Positions 17,884-26,909 of a stretch of DNA of 45,623 nucleotides are shown here, one piece after another (position 1 is the first letter of the stretch; every line of letters begins with the position of its first letter). This DNA comes from Chitinophagaceae bacterium (GTDB taxonomy: Bacteria; Bacteroidota; Bacteroidia; Chitinophagales; Chitinophagaceae). Made by a program: the position numbers and the translations under genes. The stretch is from contig DATAMD010000357.1 in NCBI GenBank assembly GCA_036260755.1, forward strand, positions 1 to 45,623. The letters run 5' to 3'. Below the pieces are notes generated by a model. It saw only the letters and a list, made by a program, of their open reading frames with translations, was not told the DNA's origin and searched no databases.

Positions 17884-18405
17884 ATGAATGTTCTCGAATT
17901 ATTTAATCAAATCAACACTTTTGTTTTTGATGTTGATGGTGTTTTAACCGATGGTTCTTTATTGGTTTTGCCGCAGGGCGTTATGGCAAGGCGAATGAAT
18001 ATTAAAGATGGTTATGCGTTGCAATTGGCTGTTAAAAAAGGATATCATGTGGTAATCATTTCAGGCGGCACGTCGGATGAAGTGAAAGAACGTTTCGAGA
18101 AATTGGGTGTGAAAGATGTGTTCATGAAAATTACCAATAAGGCTGAAACCCTTATGCAGTACATGAAGTCGCAGCAATTGCAAAAAGAACAGGTTTTATT
18201 TATGGGCGATGATATCCCCGATTTTGAAGTAATGCAAATGGCTGGCCTTGCCTGTTGCCCGGCAGATGCTGCCACCGAAATAAAATCCATCTCACAATAT
18301 ATTTCTCACGTAAAAGGCGGCGATGGTTGTGCAAGGGATGTGATAGAAAAAGTTATGCGGCTTCAAAATAACTGGAACGAAGATGTTACAGTACGTTCAC
18401 AATAA
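17884..18405 (+). CDS. kdsC: KDO 8-phosphate phosphatase (HAD-IIIA)
   Basis: FVFDVDGVLTDG HAD motif I, GDDIPD motif. 173 aa, typical KdsC size. Confidence 0.8.
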   Translation: MNVLELFNQINTFVFDVDGVLTDGSLLVLPQGVMARRMNIKDGYALQLAVKKGYHVVIISGGTSDEVKERFEKLGVKDVFMKITNKAETLMQYMKSQQLQKEQVLFMGDDIPDFEVMQMAGLACCPADAATEIKSISQYISHVKGGDGCARDVIEKVMRLQNNWNEDVTVRSQ

Positions 18406-18454
18406 TTTTTTACAGGCTTCGTATGCAATTAATATCTTGCAATAAATTTTTTCG

Positions 18455-19393
18455 TTGAAAATAATTGCAGCTTTTTTTAAACTCATCCGATGGCCTAATC
18501 TGGTGTTTATTATTCTTACGCAAGTGCTGTTCGAATACTGCATTTATTTTCGTGTATTTCCGCCATCCATGCGATATCAAAACGAACAGTATCAATTTTT
18601 TTTATTGGTGGCAGCATCGGTTTGTATTGCCGCAGCAGGTTATATCATCAACGATTATTTTGATCTGAATATTGATCAAATCAATAAACCAGATAAAGTA
18701 GTTGTTAATTCAATCATCAGCAGGCGATGGGTAATTCTCTGGCATTTGTTGTTAAGCTTGGCGGGGTTGATTCTTACCATCATGGCACTTCCTCATAAAT
18801 TATATTTGCCGTTGATCATGGCTAACACTATCAGCATTTTTTTATTGTTGTTGTATTCATCAACATTAAAAAAAAGATTACTGATAGGCAATGTGCTGAT
18901 CTCTTTGTTAACGGCATGGGTAATAGCTATTATCTTTTTTTCGAAAATGAATGAGAATCTTTTGCAGGGAAAAGGTGATGAAATATTGCATGTTCGTTTC
19001 TTCAGATTTACTGTTTTGTATGCTGGATTTGCTTTTATTATTTCGCTGGTACGTGAAGTGATAAAAGATATGGAAGATATTGAAGGCGACAGAAAATATG
19101 ATTGCCGCACTATGCCCATTGTTTGGGGAATGAATGCCAGCAAGGTTTTCGTGGCAGTGTGGTTAAGTGTACTGATCACCGTACTTTTTATACTTCAATT
19201 GTACGTGTGGCAATTTGATTGGTGGTTCAGCATTTTGTACTGCACTGTTTTAATAATTATTCCGTTGATATGGGTATTTAAAAAATTATTTACGGCAAGT
19301 TCATCAAAAGATTTTCATCGGTTAAGCACGTCCGTTAAAATGATTATGTTTACGGGTATTTTATCAATGTTTTTCTTTTTATTCTATCATTGA
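18455..19393 (+). CDS. UbiA-family prenyltransferase
   Basis: YIINDYFDLNIDQINKP (NDxxD motif), second Asp-rich region KDMEDIEGD, about 8 TM helices. TTG start. Confidence 0.8.
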   Translation: MKIIAAFFKLIRWPNLVFIILTQVLFEYCIYFRVFPPSMRYQNEQYQFFLLVAASVCIAAAGYIINDYFDLNIDQINKPDKVVVNSIISRRWVILWHLLLSLAGLILTIMALPHKLYLPLIMANTISIFLLLLYSSTLKKRLLIGNVLISLLTAWVIAIIFFSKMNENLLQGKGDEILHVRFFRFTVLYAGFAFIISLVREVIKDMEDIEGDRKYDCRTMPIVWGMNASKVFVAVWLSVLITVLFILQLYVWQFDWWFSILYCTVLIIIPLIWVFKKLFTASSSKDFHRLSTSVKMIMFTGILSMFFFLFYH

Positions 19394-19407
19394 AAAAATA
19401 AAATTAA

Positions 19408-19998
19408 GTGGTAAAAGATATAATTCTCGCTTCTCAATCGCCCCGAAGAAAACAATTAATGGAGTGGGCCGAAATTAAATTTGAAGTAGTAACAGTAGGT
19501 ACCGATGAAAACTTTCCCGAAGGAATGAATGTTAAAGAGATTCCTGTCTTCATTGCAAAAGAAAAAGCAGTGGCCGTAAAAGAAAAACTGCAAAATGCGT
19601 ATCACGCTTTATATGCACAAAAAGCAGTGGTGGCTGCCGATACGATTGTTGTTTTAGATGGGGTTGTTATCGGCAAACCAACAGACAGGGATGATGCCAT
19701 AAAAATTTTAACATCTTTATCAGGCAAAAAACATCAGGTAATTACCGGCGTTGTGATTTTGAAAGATGCAAAAGAAATAAGTTTCAGCGATACTACCGAA
19801 GTGGAATTTCATCCGCTTACACAGCAGCAAATAGAGTTCTATGTTGATAAATACGAACCTTACGATAAGGCCGGTGCGTATGCCATTCAGGAATGGATTG
19901 GTGTTATTGGCATTAAAAGAATCGAAGGCGATTTTTATAATGTGATGGGGCTGCCTGTTAGTAAAGTAGTGCAGCAGCTCAAGACTTTATTATCTTAA
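19408..19998 (+). CDS. maf: Maf-like nucleoside triphosphate pyrophosphatase
   Basis: ILASQSPRRKQLM N-terminus, DKAGAYAIQ motif. GTG start. Confidence 0.85.
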   Translation: MVKDIILASQSPRRKQLMEWAEIKFEVVTVGTDENFPEGMNVKEIPVFIAKEKAVAVKEKLQNAYHALYAQKAVVAADTIVVLDGVVIGKPTDRDDAIKILTSLSGKKHQVITGVVILKDAKEISFSDTTEVEFHPLTQQQIEFYVDKYEPYDKAGAYAIQEWIGVIGIKRIEGDFYNVMGLPVSKVVQQLKTLLS

Positions 19999-20055
19999 AA
20001 AAATATCTTAATTTTATTTATTGCATCGATTTCTCCCGTAGTTAACCAACTAACT

Positions 20056-20586
20056 ATGACAGAAAAATTATTGCAATTCATCTGGCAATTCCAGTACTTC
20101 AACAAAAGTGAATTATGCACCGATGACGGTGATGTTTTACAGATCATCAAACCCGGTATTTATAATCTAAATCAAGGCCCCGATTTTTTGGAATCATCTG
20201 TAAAAGTAGCGGCAGTAAAGCTTTTCGGCAATATAGAATTGCATGTTAATGCTTCAGATTGGAATAAACACGGGCATTCTTCCGACAAAAATTATTCGAA
20301 TATAATCTTGCATGTTATCTGGGAAGATGATATAAAAACACCTAATAAAATTAAACTGCCAACATTAACACTGCACAACAGGGTTCCCAAAATTTTATTG
20401 CAGCGGTACGAGCAATTAATGAACGAAGGAAATGTTTTGCACTGCAAAAATTATTTGCCTGCATTAAGCAATATGGGCTGGATAGCATGGAAAGAAAGAT
20501 TGATGATTGAAAGATTAGAAATAAAATCAAAAAAGATTTTAAATTTTTTAGAAGAAACCAATCGTCATTGGGAAGAAGTTTTTTGA
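20056..20586 (+). CDS. DUF2851 family protein, N-terminal part (ends at an in-frame TGA)
   Basis: LLQFIWQFQYF and ELHVNASDWNKHGH motifs typical of DUF2851. Same reading frame as the next ORF. Confidence 0.7.
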   Translation: MTEKLLQFIWQFQYFNKSELCTDDGDVLQIIKPGIYNLNQGPDFLESSVKVAAVKLFGNIELHVNASDWNKHGHSSDKNYSNIILHVIWEDDIKTPNKIKLPTLTLHNRVPKILLQRYEQLMNEGNVLHCKNYLPALSNMGWIAWKERLMIERLEIKSKKILNFLEETNRHWEEVF

Positions 20587-20589
20587 TGG

Positions 20590-21324
20590 ATGATTGCTGC
20601 CAACTTTGGCGTAAAAGTAAATGCAGAATTATTCGGGGCTGTTGCAAAATCCATCTCCATAAATATTTTGGCGAAACATAAAAATCAAATTCATCAATTA
20701 GAAGCATTGTTAATGGGACAGGCAAATTTACTGAATGAAGATTTTGAAGAAGATTATCCAAAGCTGTTGCAGCGTGAATATCAATTCCTTTTCAAAAAAT
20801 ATAAACTTGCCAAAGTTAATGCTGCCGTGCATTTCCTGCGGATGCGCCCTGCAAATTTCCCAACCGTTCGATTGGCGCAGTTAGCCATGCTGATAAAAAA
20901 TGTTTCTCATCTTTTTTCAAAGATCAAAGAAATGAATGAGGTTGATGAAGTGCGCAAATTATTCAACATCACCTGTAACGATTACTGGCATTATCATTTT
21001 GTGTTTGATGAAACAACAAAGTATAAACCCAAACATTTGGGCCAGCAAATGATCGATAATATTTTAATCAATACCATCATCCCTGTTTTATTTGCGTATG
21101 GCCTGCATCAAAACGAACAGGCATGCAAAGACAAAGCCCTGCGTTGGTTATCCGAAATAAAACCCGAAGAAAATATTATTACCAAATCATGGAAATTATT
21201 GCAAATCGAAAATAAAAATGCGTTCGATTCTCAGGCATTAATTCATCTTAAAAATAATTATTGCCAAAATAAACTTTGCCTGCAATGTGCTGTTGGAAAT
21301 AAAATTTTAAAGCCTACCAGTTAA
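20590..21324 (+). CDS. DUF2851 family protein, C-terminal part
   Basis: Starts with ATG two codons after the TGA at 20584-20586 and is in frame with 20056-20586. It continues the family (IAANFGVKVN ... CLQCAVG). Confidence 0.7.
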   Translation: MIAANFGVKVNAELFGAVAKSISINILAKHKNQIHQLEALLMGQANLLNEDFEEDYPKLLQREYQFLFKKYKLAKVNAAVHFLRMRPANFPTVRLAQLAMLIKNVSHLFSKIKEMNEVDEVRKLFNITCNDYWHYHFVFDETTKYKPKHLGQQMIDNILINTIIPVLFAYGLHQNEQACKDKALRWLSEIKPEENIITKSWKLLQIENKNAFDSQALIHLKNNYCQNKLCLQCAVGNKILKPTS

Positions 21325-21721
21325 AGCTTACATCCAATTTAATATCGGGATGCAAACTTTTTTCAACAGGGCAACTTCTTGCAATTCGTATCAATTGTTC
21401 TTTTTGTTCGGCAGTAGCTTCAAAAAGTTTTGTGAAAAATAGGTCGGCTTTAATACCAATCACTCTTCTCGGGGCATCGCTGCTCATGATTTTGGTTATC
21501 TCTACTTTGGTACCGTCAAAATTTAAATTCATGTCGGCAGCACGTATTGCCATTGTAGTTATCATGCAGCTTCCGTACGAAGTTGCCAGCATATCGGTAG
21601 GCGAAAAACGTTCGCCTTTACCCATATTATCGGTAGGTGCATCGTTTTCAATCACAGTGCCGCTTTGTAGATGTGTTAATTCTGTTCTTAAGGAACCTTT
21701 ATAAATTACTGTTGATGTCAT
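21314..21721 (-). CDS. OsmC family peroxiredoxin-like protein
   Basis: 135 aa. OsmC-like pattern with two Cys (GSCMITT, ARSCPV). Its 3' end overlaps the convergent DUF2851 gene by 11 bp. Confidence 0.8.
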   Translation of the reverse strand: MTSTVIYKGSLRTELTHLQSGTVIENDAPTDNMGKGERFSPTDMLATSYGSCMITTMAIRAADMNLNFDGTKVEITKIMSSDAPRRVIGIKADLFFTKLFEATAEQKEQLIRIARSCPVEKSLHPDIKLDVSFNW

Positions 21722-21765
21722 TGATCTTATTTTTATATAAATTTACAACCATTAAATTTATTTAA

Positions 21766-22578
21766 GTGAAGAAGTTAATTGTATTCATCATTGTTTCAAT
21801 TCCGGTAATACTAATTGCACAGGAAAATAAACCATTGACACGAAAAGAAAAGAAAGAACAACGCAAAGAAAAAATTAATCAATTAATTAAACAGGAAGAA
21901 GAAGGGGCACTCATTTATCAAAAACAAAGTTTATGGGGCTTGGCTTTAAACACCGATGGATGGGATATAATTTACGAACACGGAAAATATAAATCCATCA
22001 CCAAAACAAATCTTTGGTGGTTAGAATTGGGCGAACACAAAAATCCAAAACAGGAAAAATTATCCAAAAGTGCTTACAATATTCCCGGATTAACTTTGGG
22101 CAACCCGTTTGTTTACGGCAAACAAAATAATTTTTATTATTTAAAATTAGGTTTAGGCGGTCAATATTTAATTGGCGGAAAAGGCAATAAAAATGGTGTG
22201 GCTGTTTCTGCAATTTATGGCGGCGGCTTTAGCTTAGGAATGTTGAAACCTTATTATATTGATGTTGTTGACCCCAACACCGGAAATACAACCGAAATAA
22301 AATACAATAACAACGACAGCACTTTTCTAAATCCCAATATAATTACAGGCGCAGCCAATTTTGGTAAGGGTTTCAGCGAAATAAAATATGTTCCCGGCAT
22401 TCATCTTCGTACCGGACTCCGTTTCGATTATGGCCGTTATAACGAAGTTTTATCTGCACTCGAAGTGGGATTAAACTTAGAATATTACAGCGAAAAAATG
22501 CCCATCATGGTTCAAAACGATCCGCACCATGCATTCTTAAATGCGTACATTAAAATTGAGTTTGGTAAAAGAAAGTAA
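21766..22578 (+). CDS. hypothetical outer-membrane beta-barrel protein
   Basis: Signal peptide, Lys/Glu-rich linker, then alternating-hydrophobicity strands. GTG start. Confidence 0.5.
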   Translation: MKKLIVFIIVSIPVILIAQENKPLTRKEKKEQRKEKINQLIKQEEEGALIYQKQSLWGLALNTDGWDIIYEHGKYKSITKTNLWWLELGEHKNPKQEKLSKSAYNIPGLTLGNPFVYGKQNNFYYLKLGLGGQYLIGGKGNKNGVAVSAIYGGGFSLGMLKPYYIDVVDPNTGNTTEIKYNNNDSTFLNPNIITGAANFGKGFSEIKYVPGIHLRTGLRFDYGRYNEVLSALEVGLNLEYYSEKMPIMVQNDPHHAFLNAYIKIEFGKRK

Positions 22579-22600
22579 TTTATTTTCGCGGTTTAATTTT

Positions 22601-22676
22601 TTATTGGCCAACTGTAGTGCTGCTATCGGCTCCGGTTGTCTTCGCTTCTTCCGGTGGAAGAAGGGCTCACTTATAC
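22601..22676 (-). repeat. decayed copy of the bipartite element with an inserted 8-bp hairpin
   Basis: TTGGCCAACTGTAG resembles GTTACCGGCTACAG of copy B. CTTCTTCC-GGT-GGAAGAAG is a perfect stem (22645-22663). GGCTCACTTATAC resembles GTCGCACACTTATAC. Confidence 0.35.
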
Positions 22677-22677
22677 A

Positions 22678-22701
22678 TTCAGTTCAATACTGAACTTTTT
22701 T
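22678..22701 (+). terminator. weak intrinsic terminator
   Basis: TTCAGT (22678-22683), 5-nt loop, ACTGAA (22689-22694), then CTTTTTT. Confidence 0.35.
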
Positions 22702-22722
22702 AAAAAATAAAATAAAAACAGC

Positions 22723-23652
22723 GTGCAGGAAATATCATTTATCGATTCATCAAATCAAACAAAAACAAAAATAAAAAAACCCGATTGGCTTCGTGTAAAA
22801 TTACCATTGGGCGAAAGTTATAAGCATGTTCGCGGATTGGTCGACGATCATAAATTGCACACCATCTGCGAAAGCGGTAATTGTCCCAACATGGGCGAAT
22901 GCTGGGGCGAAGGCACGGCAACATTTATGATTCTCGGTAATATTTGTACACGCAGTTGCCGTTTTTGTGCAGTAGCAACAGGCAGGCCCGAAGCGGTTGA
23001 TTGGGACGAGCCGCAGCGTGTTGCCGAAGCTGTTCATCTGATGAAAGTAAAACATGCCGTCATCACCAGTGTAGATCGTGATGAGTTAAATGATGGCGGT
23101 TCAATTATTTGGCATAACACCATCAAAGCTGTAAAAACATTAAACCCGGAAACAACTTTAGAAACATTAATTCCCGATTTCAGAGGAATACAAGAACAAG
23201 TACAACGCATCATCGATGCAGCACCCGAAGTAGTTAGTCATAATATGGAAACAGTTGAACGTTTATCCAAACAAGTTCGCATTCAGGCAAAATATCACAG
23301 AAGCCTGGAAGTAATTAAAATGCTGAAACAAGGTGGCATGCGAACTAAAACAGGTATTATGCTCGGACTTGGCGAAACAAAGGAAGAAGTTATTAAAAGC
23401 ATGGAAGACCTGGTGGCTGTTGGATGTGATGTGCTAACCTTGGGACAATATCTTCAACCAACGCTGAAACACTTGCCTGTACAGCGTTTTGTTCATCCCG
23501 ATGAATTTGCAGAGTTAAAAGAAATTGGTTATTTATTAGGTTTCGATTATGTAGAAAGCGGCCCGTTGGTTCGATCATCTTATCACAGCGAAAAACATGT
23601 GATTAAAGGTTACGGAAGAAAACTTTGGAGCGAACAAAAAAATAATAACTAA
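22723..23652 (+). CDS. lipA: lipoyl synthase
   Basis: CPNMGECW auxiliary-cluster motif and radical-SAM [11 protein letters not shown] start. Confidence 0.95.
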   Translation: MQEISFIDSSNQTKTKIKKPDWLRVKLPLGESYKHVRGLVDDHKLHTICESGNCPNMGECWGEGTATFMILGNICTRSCRFCAVATGRPEAVDWDEPQRVAEAVHLMKVKHAVITSVDRDELNDGGSIIWHNTIKAVKTLNPETTLETLIPDFRGIQEQVQRIIDAAPEVVSHNMETVERLSKQVRIQAKYHRSLEVIKMLKQGGMRTKTGIMLGLGETKEEVIKSMEDLVAVGCDVLTLGQYLQPTLKHLPVQRFVHPDEFAELKEIGYLLGFDYVESGPLVRSSYHSEKHVIKGYGRKLWSEQKNNN

Positions 23653-23705
23653 TCATATTTTTTGCCGTCGCAAAAAGCAATTAAAATTTTATTGTGCCAA
23701 TAACT

Positions 23706-24194
23706 TTATTTTTTTTTGAGCATTGTTAATGCAATCAGCAGGTATAAAATAATTAATGCTGCAAAAATAAATTTAAAAGTTGCACAATAAAAAGTAAGCG
23801 TTAAAGAAACAGAAGTATAATTTCCTGCTGCTGTTTGCAGCATAAAAATATTTTCGCAAACATCTAATAATCCTGCAACAAACGCAAGGCGACTGAAAAA
23901 AATGCCTGCCTGTTTAAAGAACCCCATTTTCAATTTTGCAGCAGTGGCTTTGGCTGCAAGCGATAAAAAAGAAACGTAGGCGATGATGAACAAAAAATCT
24001 ATCCACACATTTATTTTAACGGTTTGTAAATTCCATACAGCAAATAATTCCTGTACACGTTTAACAGTATCTGCAAATTCTAAATCAACAATTGCTTTTT
24101 TGCTGATAGGTGTTTTTAATTCGCTGCCCTGAATTCGTAATACAATAAACATTACAACAGAGGCCACAGCAGCAACCGATAATTTCTTTTTCAT
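23706..24194 (-). CDS. hypothetical integral membrane protein
   Basis: 162 aa with about 4-5 hydrophobic helices. No family recognised. Confidence 0.5.
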   Translation of the reverse strand: MKKKLSVAAVASVVMFIVLRIQGSELKTPISKKAIVDLEFADTVKRVQELFAVWNLQTVKINVWIDFLFIIAYVSFLSLAAKATAAKLKMGFFKQAGIFFSRLAFVAGLLDVCENIFMLQTAAGNYTSVSLTLTFYCATFKFIFAALIILYLLIALTMLKKK

Positions 24195-24284
24195 CTGAAT
24201 GTTTTTATGGCTTATTTCATACTATGAAATTAAACAACCTTTTGCATAATTAATTAAACCCAAGTTTCCCTTTTTTCGAATGAT

Positions 24285-24292
24285 TATATTTG
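24285..24292 (+). promoter_or_regulatory. Bacteroidetes-type -7 promoter box
   Basis: TATATTTG is an exact TAnnTTTG match, 16 nt upstream of ATG 24309. Confidence 0.4.
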
Positions 24293-24308
24293 TATCAAAC
24301 ATCGGTAT

Positions 24309-25739
24309 ATGAAAATATTTCGTATCAGGCTTCAAACAATTTTATTTCTATCCTTATTTTTTATTTCGGTTGCAGCAACTGCACAGGAACTGATAAAAAA
24401 AACAAGCAAAAAAACTGTAAAAGTTGATGCACCGGTTGGTGTGTTCGATTCAGGTACGGGCGGACTTACCGTTTTAGAAGCAATGCTTACTTTGGATGCT
24501 TTTAACAACGAAACCGGAATGCCCGGTGCCGATGGTAAATTAGATTTTCAATCGGAGTTTTATCAATATCTCGCCGATCAGGCAAATATGCCTTACGGTA
24601 ATTATGCTGCCGAAAATAAAACCGATTTATTGAAAGAACATATTTTCAAAAACATGAATTTCTTTTTGCAAAAGCATTATTCGTTGTTGCAGGAAAAAGA
24701 AATGATAACACTCGAAAAGCCGCAGGTTAAAATGATCGTCATCTCCTGTAATACAGCCACAGCCTATGCTTTGCCCGATATTAAAAAATTGGTGAAAGAG
24801 CAGGGTTATTCAATTCCGGTGATTGGTGTGATTGATGCAGGAAGTAAAGCTGCATTGCAATTTCAAAAAAATAATTCGAAAGGAACCATTGGTGTTTTTG
24901 CAACTGCCGGAACTGTTGCATCAAACGGTTATCCAAAAACATTAAATGCAATGGCTGCAAAATTTGGCTTTGAAAAATTGTCTGTTATCAGTCAGGGCGG
25001 TGTTGGTTTAGCCGAAAGTATTGACCGCGATTATAGTTTTTTTGTTGATACTTTAACCAAAGCAAGAAAAGATTATAAAGGCCCATCGTTAAAAAATGCA
25101 ATAAAAATTGATACTGCGTTGATGAACATTTATCATTTTAATAAATCGTACAATCAATTGTTGTGCGAATATGATGATGGCGGAAAATGTTTGGATGTGC
25201 AATTAAACGATCCTTCTAATTATGTGCGTTATCATCTGGTTACTTTGTTGGAAAAGATGATTGCCGAAAAATATTTATTGCCGATGAATACTTTAATTCT
25301 GGGCTGTACACATTATCCGTATTTAAAAGATACCATCGCCAATGTGTTGCATGAATTATATAATTTTCAATCGAACGGAAATTACAGGTACAGAAAATAT
25401 TTAGCCCAACATGTTGAATTGATAGATCCTGCCTTGGAAACTGCAAAGGATGCATACATTGCCATGCGTGAAAATAATTTGATGAATAAAATTTCGAAAA
25501 AGGAAAACACTTTCTTTATTACCGTGCCAAATACAGCGTTACACGAAGTTCAGTTGCAGGCAGATGGCTGGTTTACGTATCAATATAAATATGGGCGGAA
25601 AGCGGGTGCCGGATTGAATTACGTGAAGTTTGTCCCTTTCGATCAAAAAAATATTTCGCAGGCAACGTATCAACGTTTTCATGTTGTGCTGCCGCATGTG
25701 TATGATGAGATAAAAAAATTTAATACCGAACTTCCGTAG
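24309..25739 (+). CDS. glutamate racemase homologue, unusually long (476 aa) with an N-terminal signal peptide
   Basis: VGVFDSGTGGLTVLEA, ISCNTATAYAL and LGCTHYPYL (both catalytic Cys motifs). Sec-type leader MKIFRIRLQTILFLSLFFISVAATA/QE. Confidence 0.75.
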   Translation: MKIFRIRLQTILFLSLFFISVAATAQELIKKTSKKTVKVDAPVGVFDSGTGGLTVLEAMLTLDAFNNETGMPGADGKLDFQSEFYQYLADQANMPYGNYAAENKTDLLKEHIFKNMNFFLQKHYSLLQEKEMITLEKPQVKMIVISCNTATAYALPDIKKLVKEQGYSIPVIGVIDAGSKAALQFQKNNSKGTIGVFATAGTVASNGYPKTLNAMAAKFGFEKLSVISQGGVGLAESIDRDYSFFVDTLTKARKDYKGPSLKNAIKIDTALMNIYHFNKSYNQLLCEYDDGGKCLDVQLNDPSNYVRYHLVTLLEKMIAEKYLLPMNTLILGCTHYPYLKDTIANVLHELYNFQSNGNYRYRKYLAQHVELIDPALETAKDAYIAMRENNLMNKISKKENTFFITVPNTALHEVQLQADGWFTYQYKYGRKAGAGLNYVKFVPFDQKNISQATYQRFHVVLPHVYDEIKKFNTELP

Positions 25740-25744
25740 AAAAT

Positions 25745-25899
25745 GGAACAGGGATAACGCTGATGAAGTTGTGAGTAGCGAGCTGTGAGCTTCGAGCAAC
25801 TTCTCGTAGCTCGCAGCTCACAGCTCATAGCTTTCCTCAGTACAAGAGTGCGACGCCTCAAAAGTTAAACAGAATACCAAAAGCTTGTAAACAAAAAAA
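25745..25899 (+). repeat. long variant of the bipartite element, copy D (heptamer-array module + Box1-N23-Box2-A-run)
   Basis: Begins GGAACAGGGATAACGC. Mirror heptamer arrays at 25771-25798 and 25804-25831. Box1 GTACAAGAGTGCGACGCCTC (25840-25859), 23 nt, GCTTGTAAA (25883-25891). The A-run abuts the stop codon at 25900. Confidence 0.85.
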
Positions 25900-26829
25900 T
25901 TAAACTACATCATTTTCTTTTTTCGATTGACGGCCAATTAATATTACACCAAGAATGACCAATAATGTTCCGATTAATTGCAAAGGAATAATTTTTTCGC
26001 CTAAAATAAAATGTGCCTGCACGATAGTTGAAACAGGGCCAACACTTGTTATGATGGCAACATTATTACTGCCAATACTCTTCATGCCGTAACTCATCAT
26101 AAACGATGGAAGTACCGTTGCTACAATTGCTATTGTTAGCGAATAATAAATTAATGTTGGCGAAAACGCAATGCCGGCAACAGTTTTAGCGGATAAGAAA
26201 TGAACAAAAATTCCGGCAGTTGCAAACAACATGGCATAAACGGTGTAACGCGTGGCACCAACTTTGTTTACTAATCTTCCTGTACCTACCAAATAAAATG
26301 AGTAAGTAACAGCGCAAAGAAAAATCATAAATGTGCCGTAATAAAAATTTGGATTCGAAGTATCTAATTTCATTTCGCCTAAATAAGCAATGCCAATTCC
26401 GGCATAAGTTAATGCCAACGCAATGATCTGTGTTTTGCTGAGTTTTGTTTTAAACCAAAATGTATTTATTAAAATGGCGAATGTGGGATAGAGAAATAAA
26501 ATTAATCTTTCTAATCCTGCAGAAATGTATTGCAGTCCGATGAAATCGAACAGGCTGCTTAAATAATAACCAAAGATGCCCATCAAAAAAATAAAGAACC
26601 ACTGACGTGAATTAATTTTTTGCGAGCCTTCTTTTCTTCCTTCAACAAATCCAACAATTAAATAAAATGGTAATGAAAATAACATGCGTAAACTAAGCAA
26701 TGTTAATGCATCAACATGTGTTGAGTGAAAAGTTAATTTGACAAAAATTGCTTTGGTAGAAAAAAATATAGCACCCGCCAATGTAACCAAAAAACCGGTT
26801 AATGATATTTGTTTTTGTTGTTGGGTCAT
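25900..26829 (-). CDS. DMT-superfamily (EamA-like) transporter
   Basis: 309 aa, 10 predicted TM helices in two EamA-like halves. Confidence 0.85.
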   Translation of the reverse strand: MTQQQKQISLTGFLVTLAGAIFFSTKAIFVKLTFHSTHVDALTLLSLRMLFSLPFYLIVGFVEGRKEGSQKINSRQWFFIFLMGIFGYYLSSLFDFIGLQYISAGLERLILFLYPTFAILINTFWFKTKLSKTQIIALALTYAGIGIAYLGEMKLDTSNPNFYYGTFMIFLCAVTYSFYLVGTGRLVNKVGATRYTVYAMLFATAGIFVHFLSAKTVAGIAFSPTLIYYSLTIAIVATVLPSFMMSYGMKSIGSNNVAIITSVGPVSTIVQAHFILGEKIIPLQLIGTLLVILGVILIGRQSKKENDVV

Positions 26830-26837
26830 TTTTTAGG

Positions 26838-26906
26838 TTATAAATTATAAGTTATAAATGATGAGTTGGATAAACCACTTATAACTTATCACTTATAACT
26901 TATAAT
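26838..26906. repeat. ATAAGTTATA inverted plus tandem repeat tract between dapD and the EamA gene
   Basis: ATAAGTTATAA (26847-26857) is the reverse complement of TTATAACTTAT. That unit lies within two tandem 14-mers CACTTATAACTTAT (26876-26889, 26890-26903). Confidence 0.75.
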
Positions 26907-26909
26907 TTT

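Noticed and set aside
20584-20586. Genome-wide TGA reassignment (code 4/25-like) as the explanation for the in-frame TGA
   Set aside because: Other genes in the window terminate sensibly at TGA (19391-19393, 8265-8267). No other gene is split by TGA.
25539-25861. Minus-strand ORFs of 86 and 60 aa spanning the MurI-like 3' end and repeat copy D
   Set aside because: The open frames are created by the stop-poor AGCT heptamer arrays. The equivalent copies E and G do not conserve a reading frame.
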